Origin: Vicugna vicugna
Taxonomy: Eukaryota
DNA length: 64,000 bases
Direction of reading: 5' to 3'
Assembly (NCBI GenBank): GCA_013265495.1
Contig: PNXW01019480.1
Location: forward strand, 62,001 to 126,000
Shown here: piece after piece, positions 52,185-64,000 of the stretch
How positions within the stretch are numbered: position 1 is the stretch's first letter
Layout: each line of letters opens with the position of its first letter
Translations under genes and position numbers: made by a program
The notes under the pieces: generated by a model
Database searches by the model: none
The model's input: only the letters and a program-made list of their open reading frames with translations
Told to the model about the DNA's origin: nothing

Positions 52185-53238
52185 TTAATTTTTACTTAGA
52201 GTATTTGCTATCGTTATGTCTTCAAGTTTGCTAGTGTTTACTACTGAATTCCATTCAGTGTATTTTTCATTTCAATTACTATGATTTTTGTCATTAGACT
52301 GGTGATTTGTACCTTATTAAATATATCTCATTTCTCTACTTAACATGACCACTCTTTTTTCTAGCCTTTTGGACATATGGAACATAGTTATAATAACTTT
52401 TTAATGTGCTTGTCTAATAAATTTAGCATCTATGTAAGTTCTAGATCGATTGGATTGATTGATTTTTCTCCTTGTGATGGGCCCCAGTTTTCTGCTGCTT
52501 TGTATGCCTGGTCGTTTTTTATTGAATGCCAGGCATTTTGAATTTTATCTTTTGGTAAAATTTTGGTATACATTTTTACCTTTTGGTGCTAGACATTTTT
52601 GTATTATTATGCACCTTGAACTTTATTATGAGATAGTTATTTGGGAGCAGTTAAATCTTTTTCGAGTCTTGCTTTTAAGATTTATTGGGCAGGACCACAA
52701 CAGTGTTTTGCATTAAGTTAAACTATCTCAGCCTACTGAGGCAAGACCCATCTGAGTACCTCATGCCTCATGAATTGTGAGTTTTTCTGTTCTGAATTGT
52801 GGAAATAGGCATGATCTCCAGACCTGTTTGAGCTTCTGACACTTGTTCCATCTAATCTTTTCAGATCGTTCTTTCACCAGCCTTGGGTAATTTCCTTATA
52901 TGCATTCACTTATCAGTACTCTGCTGAATACTTTATGGCAGTCCTTCAAAGATCTCAGGAGTTCTCCCTAAGTGCAGCTCTCTCCTTTTTGATATTCTCT
53001 TCTCTGAACTCTAGCTGCCTCGGTCTTTCTGGTTTCATCTCTGAATCCTCTGGGCTTCAACTGCATTCTCCCTCATTGCACGAACTGGAAACTCCCCCAA
53101 GTTGTAAAGATATTCCCTCATCTCTCAGGGATCACTGGTTTTCACTTGGTGATGTCCAGTGTCTTGAAAACAATTATTTCATATTTTGTCCCCACCTTTT
53201 TAGTGTTTTTGTCAGTTTAGAGGGTAACACCAGCCTCT
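52185..53238 (-). mobile_element. Old L1 5'/ORF1 region
   Basis: Similar to the old L1 segment at ~3800-4740 (atatggaa.a.a.ttataat; tgcctcatgaa; cag..ctctgctgaata). Confidence 0.6.
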
Positions 53239-53412
53239 GATTGCCTCTTAGGAAGCTATATGGTGAAGACTTGTTAGATAATTCTTTCCTTTCCCTTTCC
53301 TCTTCCTCTTCTTCTTCTTTTCCCCTCCTCTCCTTTGAGCTGGTTGATTTCCTCACTACCGCCAAATATCTGATGTAAGTGACAGTCGTACTTTAAAAAT
53401 TTTTGTTATCAG

Positions 53413-54950
53413 ATGAGGAGAAAGAGTCTGAACAAGAGCAAGAAATTTATTCAAAGCCAGGGATTTGAGGAAGATTTTGGATTACAGGAAATGTGACCGC
53501 ATATTCCAAGGGTAACTCTTCATGACTCCGAACTTAAACTTCTGAGTATAAAAACAGGTAAAAGAGGCAGATTAACCTGCTTTAAAAGATAGATGTTTAA
53601 GGCTTGGGATGGATACTCACAGGATTGGCTCCAAGACTATAATAAATGTTAGAGTAACTGTGCTCTAATCTTAGACACCGTCCTACATTAAGATGAATTC
53701 ATACATGTAGGTCAAGCAGCCTATGATGTGGGTTACATGATCATAACTTCAGTTCAATTTCAGGGATCATAAGTCACCAAGAAGGTCATGATGGTGACAA
53801 AACATGTGTGAAGAGCATTGAAGAGCTTTTAGCCAGGCTTCAGATCTTGTTAACATCAGAAAATTCATCAACAGAGATAACCCCTATGAATGTAGTAATC
53901 ATGAATTATCTTTCCACCAGAGTTCAAATGTTGCTCAACATTGCTAATCATCAGAAAAATGCAAATCAGAACCACAGCGATATATCACCTCACATCTGTC
54001 AGAATGGCCATCATGAAAAAGTCTACAAATAACAAATGTTGGAGAGGATGTGAAGAAAAGGGCACTCTCATACACCATTGGTGGGAATGTAAATCATTGC
54101 TGCCACTGTGGGAAACAGTATGGAGGTTTCTTGAAAAACTAAAATTAGAACTACCATATGACCCAGCAATTCCACTCTTGGGTATATATGTGAAGAAAGT
54201 GAAAACACTAATTCAAAAAGATACATGCACCCCAATGTTCATAGATAGCAGCGTTATTCACAATAGTCAAGATATGGAAGCAACATGTAAGTGTCCATCA
54301 ACAGTTGAATGGGTAAAGAATATGTGCTAAATAAATACAGTGGAATATTAGCCATAAAAAAGAATGAAATTCTAAAAAAAATGGTTAATTTTGACATTTG
54401 CAACAACATAGATAGACCTAGAAGGTATTATGCTTAGTGAAATAAGTCAGATAGAGAAAGACAGATACTGTATGTTATTACCTATATGTGGAAATCTAAA
54501 ACATAAAACGAATGAATATAACAAACACGCTCACAGACAGATACAGAGAACAAGCTAGTGGTTACTGGTGGGGAGAGGGGTTGGGGGAGGGGCAAGGTAG
54601 AGGTAGGGGGTTAAGAGGTATAAATTACTATGTATAAGATAAATAAGCTACAAAGATGTATTGTACAATACAGGGAAATATAGCCATTATTTTATCATAA
54701 CTTTAAATGGAGTATAATCTATAAAAATATTGAATCACTATATTGTATACCTTAAACTAATATAATATTATAAATCAACTATACTTCAGTATAAAAAAAT
54801 TTATTCAGTATGGTTGGAGACATGGGGAAGAGAAGCTATAGGCATGCACTTAATGTAGAAAAGCCTTTAGGAGCAAGTCAAACCTTAGTAATCATCAGAA
54901 ATTCCAGTCTAGAGAGACACTGTTGGATATCCACAATGTGATAAAATACT
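53413..54950 (+). pseudogene. Second degenerate C2H2 zinc-finger exon, split by an L1 (~53932-54798)
   Basis: Acceptor ttttgttatcag then phase-1 DEEKESEQEQEIYSKPGI*; finger remnants [29 protein letters not shown] before the L1 and HGEEKL*ACT*CRKAFRSKSNLSNHQKI after it. Confidence 0.72.
53932..54798 (+). mobile_element. L1 3' end (L1MA8/9-like)
   Basis: ORF 53941..54330 (IRKMQIRTT...[12 protein letters not shown]...[12 protein letters not shown]) followed by 3' UTR and A-tail. Confidence 0.9.
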
Positions 54951-56956
54951 TCCCTCTCTTATTTCATGCAGGTTCCCTCAGTCTCTATAAGTGATTCTTT
55001 GGATCCCTCTTCATGGCTTTGGCAAGAGAGTTGCATGCCCTTCCCTTCCTCAAGAGGGGAAAACACTCCCAAGGCAAGGACTCATAACACTGTAAATTGT
55101 GCTCTAATTCCTTCTAGTTTCCAAGTACATTTGGGATGAGAAGGAATGGGATAAGTATCAGTAGCATGACTAGTCAGCTCTCCTTGCCTAAGCCCTATAG
55201 GAATATGTTCAGGACTCCTTGGTGACTCTTTTTAGGATTTGGAGATACTTGGCATTGGCATCTTTTTTTTTAAGCTCTGTGGCTTTAACCAGAACTCAGA
55301 GGCAAGTGTAAAAGTCCCATTCAATATCCTGCTGAGTTTGTATTCAAGTATTTTCTTACTTTATACTGCCATAGAAACATGCTTCTGTCATTAAAATCAT
55401 CCAGATAGTTCAGATTTTTGTAATTCCCCAATTAGAGCACAATCTTGAAAGGTAAATTACTGAGAAAGCACAGATATTTTTTAGGTCCTAAATACACACT
55501 TCCAAATTAATTTCCAGAAAAAAATGAATGATTTATTTGGCTTTTGGATTGGGAAGGACATTTGCAGCATTAAAAGAAAAAGAAGCTATGACAATGGAAA
55601 TGAAAGTATATGGTTTACATTTTTTATTAGATCAAGAATTCATAAACAAAATTAAGAGGAAAGCCAAGCCATAAACTTAAAAAAATTGCAATAGATGTGA
55701 TAAATATAAGGTTAATATCCTTAATATTTAAAGGACTCTTGCAGAAAGTGTGTTCCATTTTATTAGTCATGAAGGAAATACTATTTAAATCAATTAAATA
55801 TTTTGTTTCTCAAACTGAAAAATATTTTTAAAGCAAATACTCAGTACTTATCAAGGGTACATGAGAACTCTTCTATATCACTAGCATTGATAAAAATCTT
55901 TCTGGAAAGCATTTTGTTATTATTGAGTAACAGCCTTAAAATAGTTTATATACCTTTGACTTAGTAATGCCATTTCTAATAATGTACCCTAAGAAAATAA
56001 TTGAAGATGTGCTGAGAAGTTTGTAGGGGGGAAAAATCACCACAACGATAATATAGTAAATAAAAATAAATAGAAATAATACTTTTGTTAATTAGCCATA
56101 GGTAAATTTATATCACTGGATATTACACAGTTATTATAAAGAAGTTTGCAAAGGCTTTTTAATGTTGTGGAAAATGTTATGTCAAAATAATTGTGATGTA
56201 ACACCATGTACTACAACAGTTTCAGATGGAGTATGCTAATTACCATTGTGAATGTGGATGTGGGTGTACAGTGTTGGAGTTGGTGGACCATTTCCCCAGT
56301 GTTTTTCAGATGATCTTTGTTTCATAAAATGAAATCAGGAAATGCCATAAAGCTGAAGCGGGTGATGACTTGTGTAAGTCCAGCTCCATATCTCTTATAG
56401 TTGTTGTTCATGGTTCGTAATTCTCAAATTAGGTGGTTTATAAGTTTTATATTGATGTTGAACATTAAAAGACACATATGGAGCTAAATCATATCCCAGG
56501 TATCTGAGAACATTCAGATATACCTCTAGATTTGCAAGTGCAAATGATAGAGGGCCTCTATGTCACAAGACCCCAAGAGCCCGTAAGGCAAGACCATCTG
56601 ATAAATATCAAACAAACATCCTCAAACTGTGTGTGCAGGTCCTGTTTGCAGGGTTCTTCATCTTGTCTCTCCTGGTAACATTCTTCTGCTTATTAATAGA
56701 ACGTTAATTGCTCAGTGATGGGAGGGAGAAATTAACTGAAAGGGAAATGTGGAGTATGAAGGAAGATGTAACCTATTTAAGTTTATGCCAGGATCATTTA
56801 ATGTAATCTCTAGATGTCACTTTGGCTGCTCCCATGATGCAAATTGGCATCAAAAACTCGGTTAACTTTCTTAAAATTGTATGAGCCTGACTGGGCTCAG
56901 TTTTGATTACATTAGACTGAGATCCATTAGTCTTTGAAAGCAGGTAACACTTGTGG

Positions 56957-57420
56957 TTTTTTAAATTGAACTGTATATAGTTAGTTATAATGAGCCAGTT
57001 TCTGGTGTACAGCATAATGTTTCAGTCATACATATACATACATATATTCCTTTTCATATTCTTTTTCATTATAGATTACTGCAAGACATTGAATATAGTT
57101 CCCTGTGCTATACAGTAGGACCTAGTTGTTTATCTATTTTATATATAGTAGTTAATGTCTGGAAATCTCAAACTCCCAATTTGTCTTTTCCCATCCCCTT
57201 TCCCCTTGGTAACCATAAGTTTGTTTACTATGTGAGTCTGTTTCTGTTTTGTAAATAAGTTCATTTGTGCTTTTGCTTTTAAAATTCCACATATCATATG
57301 GTATTTTTCTTTCTCTTTCTGGCTTACTTCACTTAGAATGGTATTTTCCAAATCCATCCATGTTGCTGCAAATGGCATTATTTTATTCTTTTTTATGGCT
57401 GAATAGTATTCCATTGTAAT
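56957..57420 (-). mobile_element. Young L1 3' end
   Basis: ORF 57139..57474 includes MEYYSAIKKNKIMPFAATWMDLE; similar flanks gtaacacttgtggtttt and gtaatacatgtgtttt. Confidence 0.88.
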
Positions 57421-57799
57421 ACATGTGTTTTTGCTCATCATTATTTCTCCAGCACTTATCACAATATGCATCACCTCATAGCATACAGTACTTTAAATTT
57501 TCTTTCTAAATTCTTGTACATATGTAATGAAGGAGATGAAATCAATTTAGCTCCAGTCCAGAAAACATGGAAGCTAGTTTTAAGAATTCCATAATGCTCA
57601 TTCTGAGACGCCATTATGTTTTATGCTTGGGCCTCAATGCACGGTATCTTTGTAAGAGTTTTAAGAATCATATTTCAATGATTAGTCTATCCTTAGAAAG
57701 GGATGTTATAATCTCATGCTATGGTTTTGGTTTTATTATTCTTTCTTACACATCTATTAAATTATTATTTGTATATTATTCTGTTTACATTATGCAGTG

Positions 57800-60110
57800 A
57801 GCTTTTATCTAAAATAATGTTTTGCCTTAAAGTACTATGTCTAATATTAATAAATTTTCATTTGTTTATTAATTATGTGCCATAACTTATTTCATCCTTT
57901 TATCCTTGCTATACGTTTGTGTTGGAGATATTTCTTTAGTGAATTGCACGTAGTTGCTTGAAAATGAAAAAATGTATTAGCATAAATTTTCTTTGATTAC
58001 AGCATCCCAAAATATCTGTAATTGCAGTTTTGATTTCCTCTTTGAAGGAAAGCGTTATTTATCCCCTCTCCAATGCTCTTCCTGTCTTTGTGTAGATCTA
58101 GGTTTCTGCCCTATATCATTTTCCTTGTGCCTGAAAGAAATCTTTTAACACTTCTTGCAGGGCAGGTCTACTGGTGATGAATTCCTTCAGTTTTTGTTTG
58201 TCTGAGAAAGTCTTTATATATCCTTCACTTTTAAAGGATACTTTTGCTAGATACAGAAATCTAGGTCAGTAGGTTTTTTTCTTTTTAACAGTTTACATAT
58301 TCCATTCCACTCTTTTCTTGCTTGCATGGTTTCTGATGAAGTCTTCTGTAATTCTAATCCTTGTTCCACTATATATATACTTAGAAAAAATTTTTTCCTA
58401 TGACTTCTTTCAATAGTTTCTTTTTGTTTTGGTTTTCTGCAGTTTGAATATGATGTGCCTCAGTGTAAATTTTTTAATGTTTACCTTCTTGAGCTTCTGG
58501 GACCTATGATTTGTTGTCTTCATTAATTTGGAAAAGTCTTAGCCATTATTATTTGGAATATTCTTCTGTTCCATTCTTTTTTTCTCCTTTGGTGTTCTGG
58601 CATATGTTGCATCCTTTGAAGTTTTTCCACAGTTCTTGAATGTTCTGTTCTCTTTATTTTTCTTCTTCTTTTTATCTATATATTAGTTTGGGAAGTATCT
58701 CTTGCCCTAACTTCAAGTTCACAAATTCTTTCCTCAGCCGTGTCCATTCTACTAATAAGCCCATCAAAGGCAGTCTTCATTTCTGTTATATTAATTTTTT
58801 TTATTTCTAGCATTTTCTTCTGATTCTTTCTCAGGATTTCCATCTCTCTACTTATATTACCCATCTGTGCTTGCATGTTGTTAGCTTTATTCATTAGCTC
58901 CTTTAACATATCAACTATGGTTAAATTTCCTGTCTAATAATGCCAGCAGCTCTGTCATATCTGAGTCTGATGCTTGCTTTATCTCTTCAGACTTTTTCTT
59001 CTTGCCATTTGGTGTGCCTTGTAAGTTTTTGTTGAAAGCTGGACATGTTTTAGGTAATAGGAACTGAGATAGAGAGGCCTCTAGTGTGAAGATTTATGTT
59101 AGTCTTGCTAAGAGTTGGGCTTTGTTTAAAGTTTACTTTAGCAATAGGTGACAGAGGCTTCACATTCCTCTAGTGCCCTTGATTTTTTTATTGAAGTATA
59201 ATCAGTTTACAGTGTTATGTTAGTCTTTGGTGTATAGCTTGGTGATTCAGTTATACACACACATATATTTTTTCATATTCCTTTCCACCATAGATTACAA
59301 GACATTGAATATAGTTCCCTGTGCTGTATAGTAGGACCTTGTTGTTTATCCCTAGTGTCTTTGATTTTTGTCTCCTTTTTTGACTTTGGGCTTCCTTAGA
59401 GAGTCATCTTGTAAGTCATTCAGCTATAATCCACTGTTATTATACTGGAGCTCTGTTGGTATGGTGTCATGGTGTGGGAGAAAGGGAGTATTTTCTAATA
59501 TTCCAATTAAATCACAGTGTTTTAGTAGGTCTTTGACTCAGGCTTATGACCTTTACAGGTATTTCTTCTTGTATAGCCCCCCCCACTCTCCCCCTACATT
59601 AGATGAGACAGGAAAGCTAGAACACGGCTGGAGTGAGAAGAAAAATGTCCTTCCTTCATGGCTATAGGACAAGGCTCTGGTAGTCTCTCCTCTTGGAAAG
59701 TAGACCTTTGTTATGGTGAAGGCTCAGGGCATATTCCACAAGGATATTCACAAGGACTCTTCCCCTCCTCTGTCTTTCTTGGATCTTTACCATAAGAAAC
59801 TGGTGAGATTCCTGGAAATAAAACCCATGAAAGTGTGCTTCCCCCACAAGACTACCACTCCCAGGAGTTTCTCACTCTCACTCTGGTTCACACTCAACTT
59901 CTAGCAGTCTTTCAGAAGTTTCTTTCAGAGTACCTACAAGTTTATGGCTTCAGTGGCTTCTGCTTTAGGTAAGCATATCTCATCTGTGACTCTTGATTCG
60001 CCTGCCCCTCAATATTTCAGGATGTTTGTTTGCTCTGAAACCTCATTTCTCTGTCGGGTCCAAGAAAAAGTCATTGAGTTTTAGTTTATTCAGCTTTTTG
60101 TTGTTGTTAG
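57800..60110 (-). mobile_element. Old L1 ORF1 and 5' region, with nested L1 tail (~59183-59350)
   Basis: ORF 58676..58909 (MGNISREMEILRKNQKKMLEIK..MKTAFDGLISRMDTAEERICELE) is L1 ORF1p coiled coil. Confidence 0.8.
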
Positions 60111-61159
60111 CACTTCTTTTCAAGGCTGTACCTCTAGTCTCACATTCATTCTGTTGAAAGGAAAAGCAAAAAAGAAGCAAGGAGTCAGTAAATATTGTGG
60201 GTTCCTGTAAAAAGGAGAAACAGAGACCTTATATTCCAGGATGGGAAGAGAACCTAGATAGGTTTGTAGGATCCTCTAGCATTGTGTCCTGGTGCCTCAC
60301 TTCCAGGATAAAGCCAGGAAGAGGACAAGACCACAAAATAGAAGTGGTTGTGTGGTGTCTATAGGCATTCGGAGCTTTAGGCTTCCTCATATGGTTCCTC
60401 TCAGCTCAGGATATCATGAGAGTATAAGAGGAATATGTTAAGTAAAGACAGTCTCACAGGGATGAACAATCCCCAGCATATGATAGAGGCAGCAGAATAG
60501 TTCCTATGTATATGAGTTGTTTATACATCACACCCTCAGAGACAGTCAGACCTTCGGGGGGCTTTGTAGTAAAGAATGAGGCTCAACTCAACAGCTACCT
60601 GCTTGGACAAACTTTGATGAACCAGATATGACAGCATGTAATGCCAGGATGCATATGTGATACTCAACATACATCACCCATCCTGGTGTTTTGACATATA
60701 AGATACCATAACTTAGATATAACTCTAATGAATGGGGTGAGAGGAACTCCATCCACACTGATGGAGTTGAGTTTCAACCACTCAGTAGATTGGGAACTTG
60801 ACATAGAATTCAAGTTGAGTTGCAGAGAAAAAGAAACCTTACATTTCCTGCATACCTAAATTTGTCAGAGAATATTCATACCCGATGAACAACCAGGAGC
60901 AGAAAGTATGTGATAAATGCTGAGTATCCTAAACAAATTTATCTCTTCAAAATGCAGAGCATGTGGCACTTACTAGTTGAAAACCACAGTGGTCTTACCT
61001 CCAGGCAAGAGTGATGTCCTGTGAGAAATGACCTCTGGCACTTCGGTGGGTACCAAATGCAAAGGGAGCTGGGGATTTGAGAAGAAGAAAAAGGGAGAAC
61101 TTCTAAAATTAAGCCTTCTTTTCTCTGCAGAGTGAAATCTGCCATTAGTGAAGTGTGAT

Positions 61160-61810
61160 TCCCCATCACTTTTCCCCCTCTTCCTCTTCCACCCCGCTTC
61201 CCTCTGCTCCCTTTCCCCTTCCTCCTCTCTGCCCTTCTTATTTCAAACACTTCTCTTTTCTCCCTCGTTATTTTCTCTTCCTCCCTCTTCCTCTTTTTCT
61301 TCCTTCTCCTTGTTTATTTTCCTTTCTTCTTCATCTACCTGGAATCTCTCTGTCTGCTTCCACCTCTCTCACACTCTTCCGTCCTACATCTCTTTTCCCT
61401 TCTGCATTCTACTTCCTTTTTCTCTTTCCTCCTGCTTTTTAAATTTCAACTTAGTATCCATTCTTTCTGCATTCTCTTATTTCTCCTTATCTTAATCATA
61501 CCATTTACTTGCAACTGCTATTTCACTTATTCTTTTTATTTTTTACATAGTCTTTTTGTTTAGCTTTTTTGTGGTGGGGGGAGGTAATGAGTTTATTTAT
61601 TTATTTTTAGAGGAGGTACTGGGGATTGAACTCGGGACCTCATGCATGCTAAGCATGGACTTTACCACTTAAGCTATACCCTCTCCCCACTTATTTCTTT
61701 TATTCCTGTTTTCTTTGTGCTTCTTTCCTTCCTCCCTCTCTTCCTCACCATCTCGTCTCTTTTCAATTTTTCTCTCACTGTTACTCCCTCTCTTCATGCT
61801 CCCTTCTAAC
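61160..61810. repeat. CT-rich polypyrimidine tract containing a Vic-1-like SINE (~61545-61688, - strand)
   Basis: Near-continuous C/T from ~61160 to 61490 and ~61690 to 61806; SINE ggaggtactggggattgaac...gctataccctctcccc flanked by cacttatt repeats. Confidence 0.85.
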
Positions 61811-62214
61811 AAGAAGATGATGAAAATTGAAAGAATAAAATGGAATCAAGACATACTTAAAATGGTAAAATCAACAGAAATAGGTGATGGGTTAGATTTG
61901 GTGAAAAGGCAGAGAGAGATATGAATAATGGTAAGTAAAATAGGAAGAGAAATAAACTACTGAACATGATGTTTAGAAACTAATTAAAAAGCAACAAACA
62001 TTCTAAACTGTGAAGTGGTAAAGTCATTTCAAGAAAAAGAAAGAGTTGTTATTTATTGAGATTATGACCCAATATTGTCTAGATGTTTCAGCAAGTTATA
62101 TAAGACATCAAAATAAGTGCAATATATATAGCAAAATAAGTGATCAAATTATTTTTATTGAATGATTTTAAATTAGAAATCTCAATAGTTACAATAAAAA
62201 AATACTAAAATTAG

Positions 62215-64000
62215 GAACTTCCTCTTCCAGTAGAAAGGAGTAAATCAGATAGATGTACTTTTCCCTGTTTGTCCCTGGGCATTATGTATAAACCAAACAT
62301 GGTTAGACCCTGAAAGTAGGAATTAAGATGGCATACTCTCTAGGGAACTTGGATACCAAGCAATGACATGGTGGTGAGTTTCCTGGGTTTTCTTTTGCCA
62401 CATATATCCCAGACCAGATGCTGGAGAAGCTGGCAAACTGGAAACACCATAGGGCACACACACACACACACACACAAACAGCTCCAATATAAGTTTAATC
62501 TCTCTATATCCGAAAGACAAAGGCACCATAGTGAGACCAGAAAAAATTTTTTAGACAATAAGTCCTCTACTTTAGCTAAATACCAGAAGAAAAACTGGCC
62601 CCACCCCTACTAGCAAAAGCCGACTAGAGACCCTGTACTTCTACTCTTGCCAGGCTGTACTGAGGTCTCAAATCTCCTGACGGAATGTTAGAGAAGGGTG
62701 AATGGGAAGTGGGAACAGCCCAATCCCCACAATGTTAGAGACCATGTGGGGAGCCTGGATCTTCTCTAATGGGTGATAATGAGATACTCCTCCCCTTAAC
62801 CATTGGGGTCATGTCCGAAGAAGACCTAGTGGAGAGTCAGGATTTTATCAGCACCAAGCACTAGCAGTGATACACATTCCTCATGTAATTAGGCATCCAA
62901 GTCTCCCCCAGTCAGGGTGGTATCAGTAGAAGCTTAATATGGAGCTGGAACTCTCACTTAGCCCTCAGTAACAAGGAGCCCCTCTCTCCCAGGTGTCAAT
63001 GAAGGCTGAGTGAGAATGTGGACTTCCACCCACATGTGATAAAACAGAAGATTTAATAAGATTCAAATCCTTATGTCATAAGATGCAAAATACCCTGGAT
63101 GCAATTGAAAATCACTTGTCATGTCAAGAATTGTGATAATCACAACTTGAATGAGAAAAGACAGCCAACACACACCACCACCAAGATGACACAGATATTA
63201 GAATCATCTACAAGGGTTTTTGAACAGCCATGATAAAAATGTTTCAGTGAGCAGTTGTTCATAGAGCATGTAAAAGAATAGAAAGTCTTAGCAAAGAAAT
63301 AGAAAGTCTCCAAAAGAAATAGAAGGTATAAAGAAGAATCAAAAAGAAATTTAAGACTGAAAAATCCAGTAAATGAACTTAATTAATAGATGAACTCAAC
63401 AGCAGTACCAATAGATGAGCTCAGTAGCAGAATAAGATGACAGAAGAATGAATTAGTGAACTTGAAGGTGGAATGATAAAAATTATCATATCTGACAGAG
63501 AGAAAATAGGCTGAAAAACAAAAGTAAACAACCTCAGGCACTTCTTGGACCATTGCAAAAGATCTAACATAGGTGTCATCATATGGGCTGAAAAAGTGTC
63601 TGAAAATTTCCCAAATTTGGAAAAAAGCATAATCAGACATATTCAAGAAGCTGAGCAAACTTCAAACAGGATACAGTCAAAGAAATTCACACCTAGACAC
63701 ATCATTTTCAAACTTCTGAAAGCTAAAGGGAGAAATAAAAAAATCTTAAAAGGCACCAGAGAGAGAAATGACCCTTTATCTGTAGAAGAACACCAGATCG
63801 GTGACAGCAGATTTCTCATTAGAAACCATAGAAGCCATAACATTTTTCAAGTGCCACAAGAAACAAACTGTCAACATGGAATTATCTACCCAATGAAAAT
63901 ATTCTTCAGTAATGAAGAGAAGGAAATCAAAACATTTTCAGAAGACAGAAAACTAACAGGATTTGTCACCAACCTACTTACCCTAAAATAATGGCTGAAT
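62215..64000 (+). mobile_element. Old L1 5' UTR and ORF1 relic, running off the window end
   Basis: ORF 63545..63991 (ENFPNLEKSI..IQEAEQTSNRI..KKFTPRHIIFKLLK...IIYPMKIFF..EIKTFSE) is L1 ORF1p RRM/CTD; coiled-coil relic upstream; (CA)n at ~62455-62476. Confidence 0.88.

Noticed and set aside
60939..61495. Arg/Gly-rich and Ser/Phe/Leu-rich ORFs
   Set aside because: Translations of the CT-rich tract and its complement.
63545..63991. Longest ORF (148 aa) as a host gene or active L1
   Set aside because: It is a frameshifted, decayed L1 ORF1p fragment; no intact ORF1 or ORF2 exists in the window.
1..64000. CRISPR array, operon or prokaryote-type defence system
   Set aside because: The sequence is mammalian; recurring motifs are dispersed L1 and SINE copies, not regularly spaced repeat-spacer units.

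Overview
Mammalian genomic DNA: AT-rich, CpG-depleted and mostly interspersed repeats. It is probably camelid, based on five tRNA-Ala-derived Vic-1-like SINE copies and many similar young L1 3' ends. I find no intact protein-coding gene; the ORF track is L1/LINE relics, zinc-finger relics or chance ORFs. The main host structure is a decayed + strand KRAB zinc-finger locus: a small CpG-retaining promoter and first exon (~14.26-14.41 kb), degenerate KRAB-A and KRAB-B exons (~33.76-34.06 kb) and a stop/frameshift-ridden C2H2 exon (~37.0-38.4 kb). A second C2H2 relic (~53.4-54.95 kb) is split by an L1. Notable transposon history: ancient RTE-clade LINE endonuclease and RT relics in opposite orientation (possible ~8 kb inversion), a young CpG-rich solo LTR inserted in an L1 target-site duplication, a chimeric-L1-type tandem duplication and a twin-primed L1. 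I cannot support a claim of a new biological system. Repeat family names come from recalled consensus sequences, not a database search, and boundaries are approximate.
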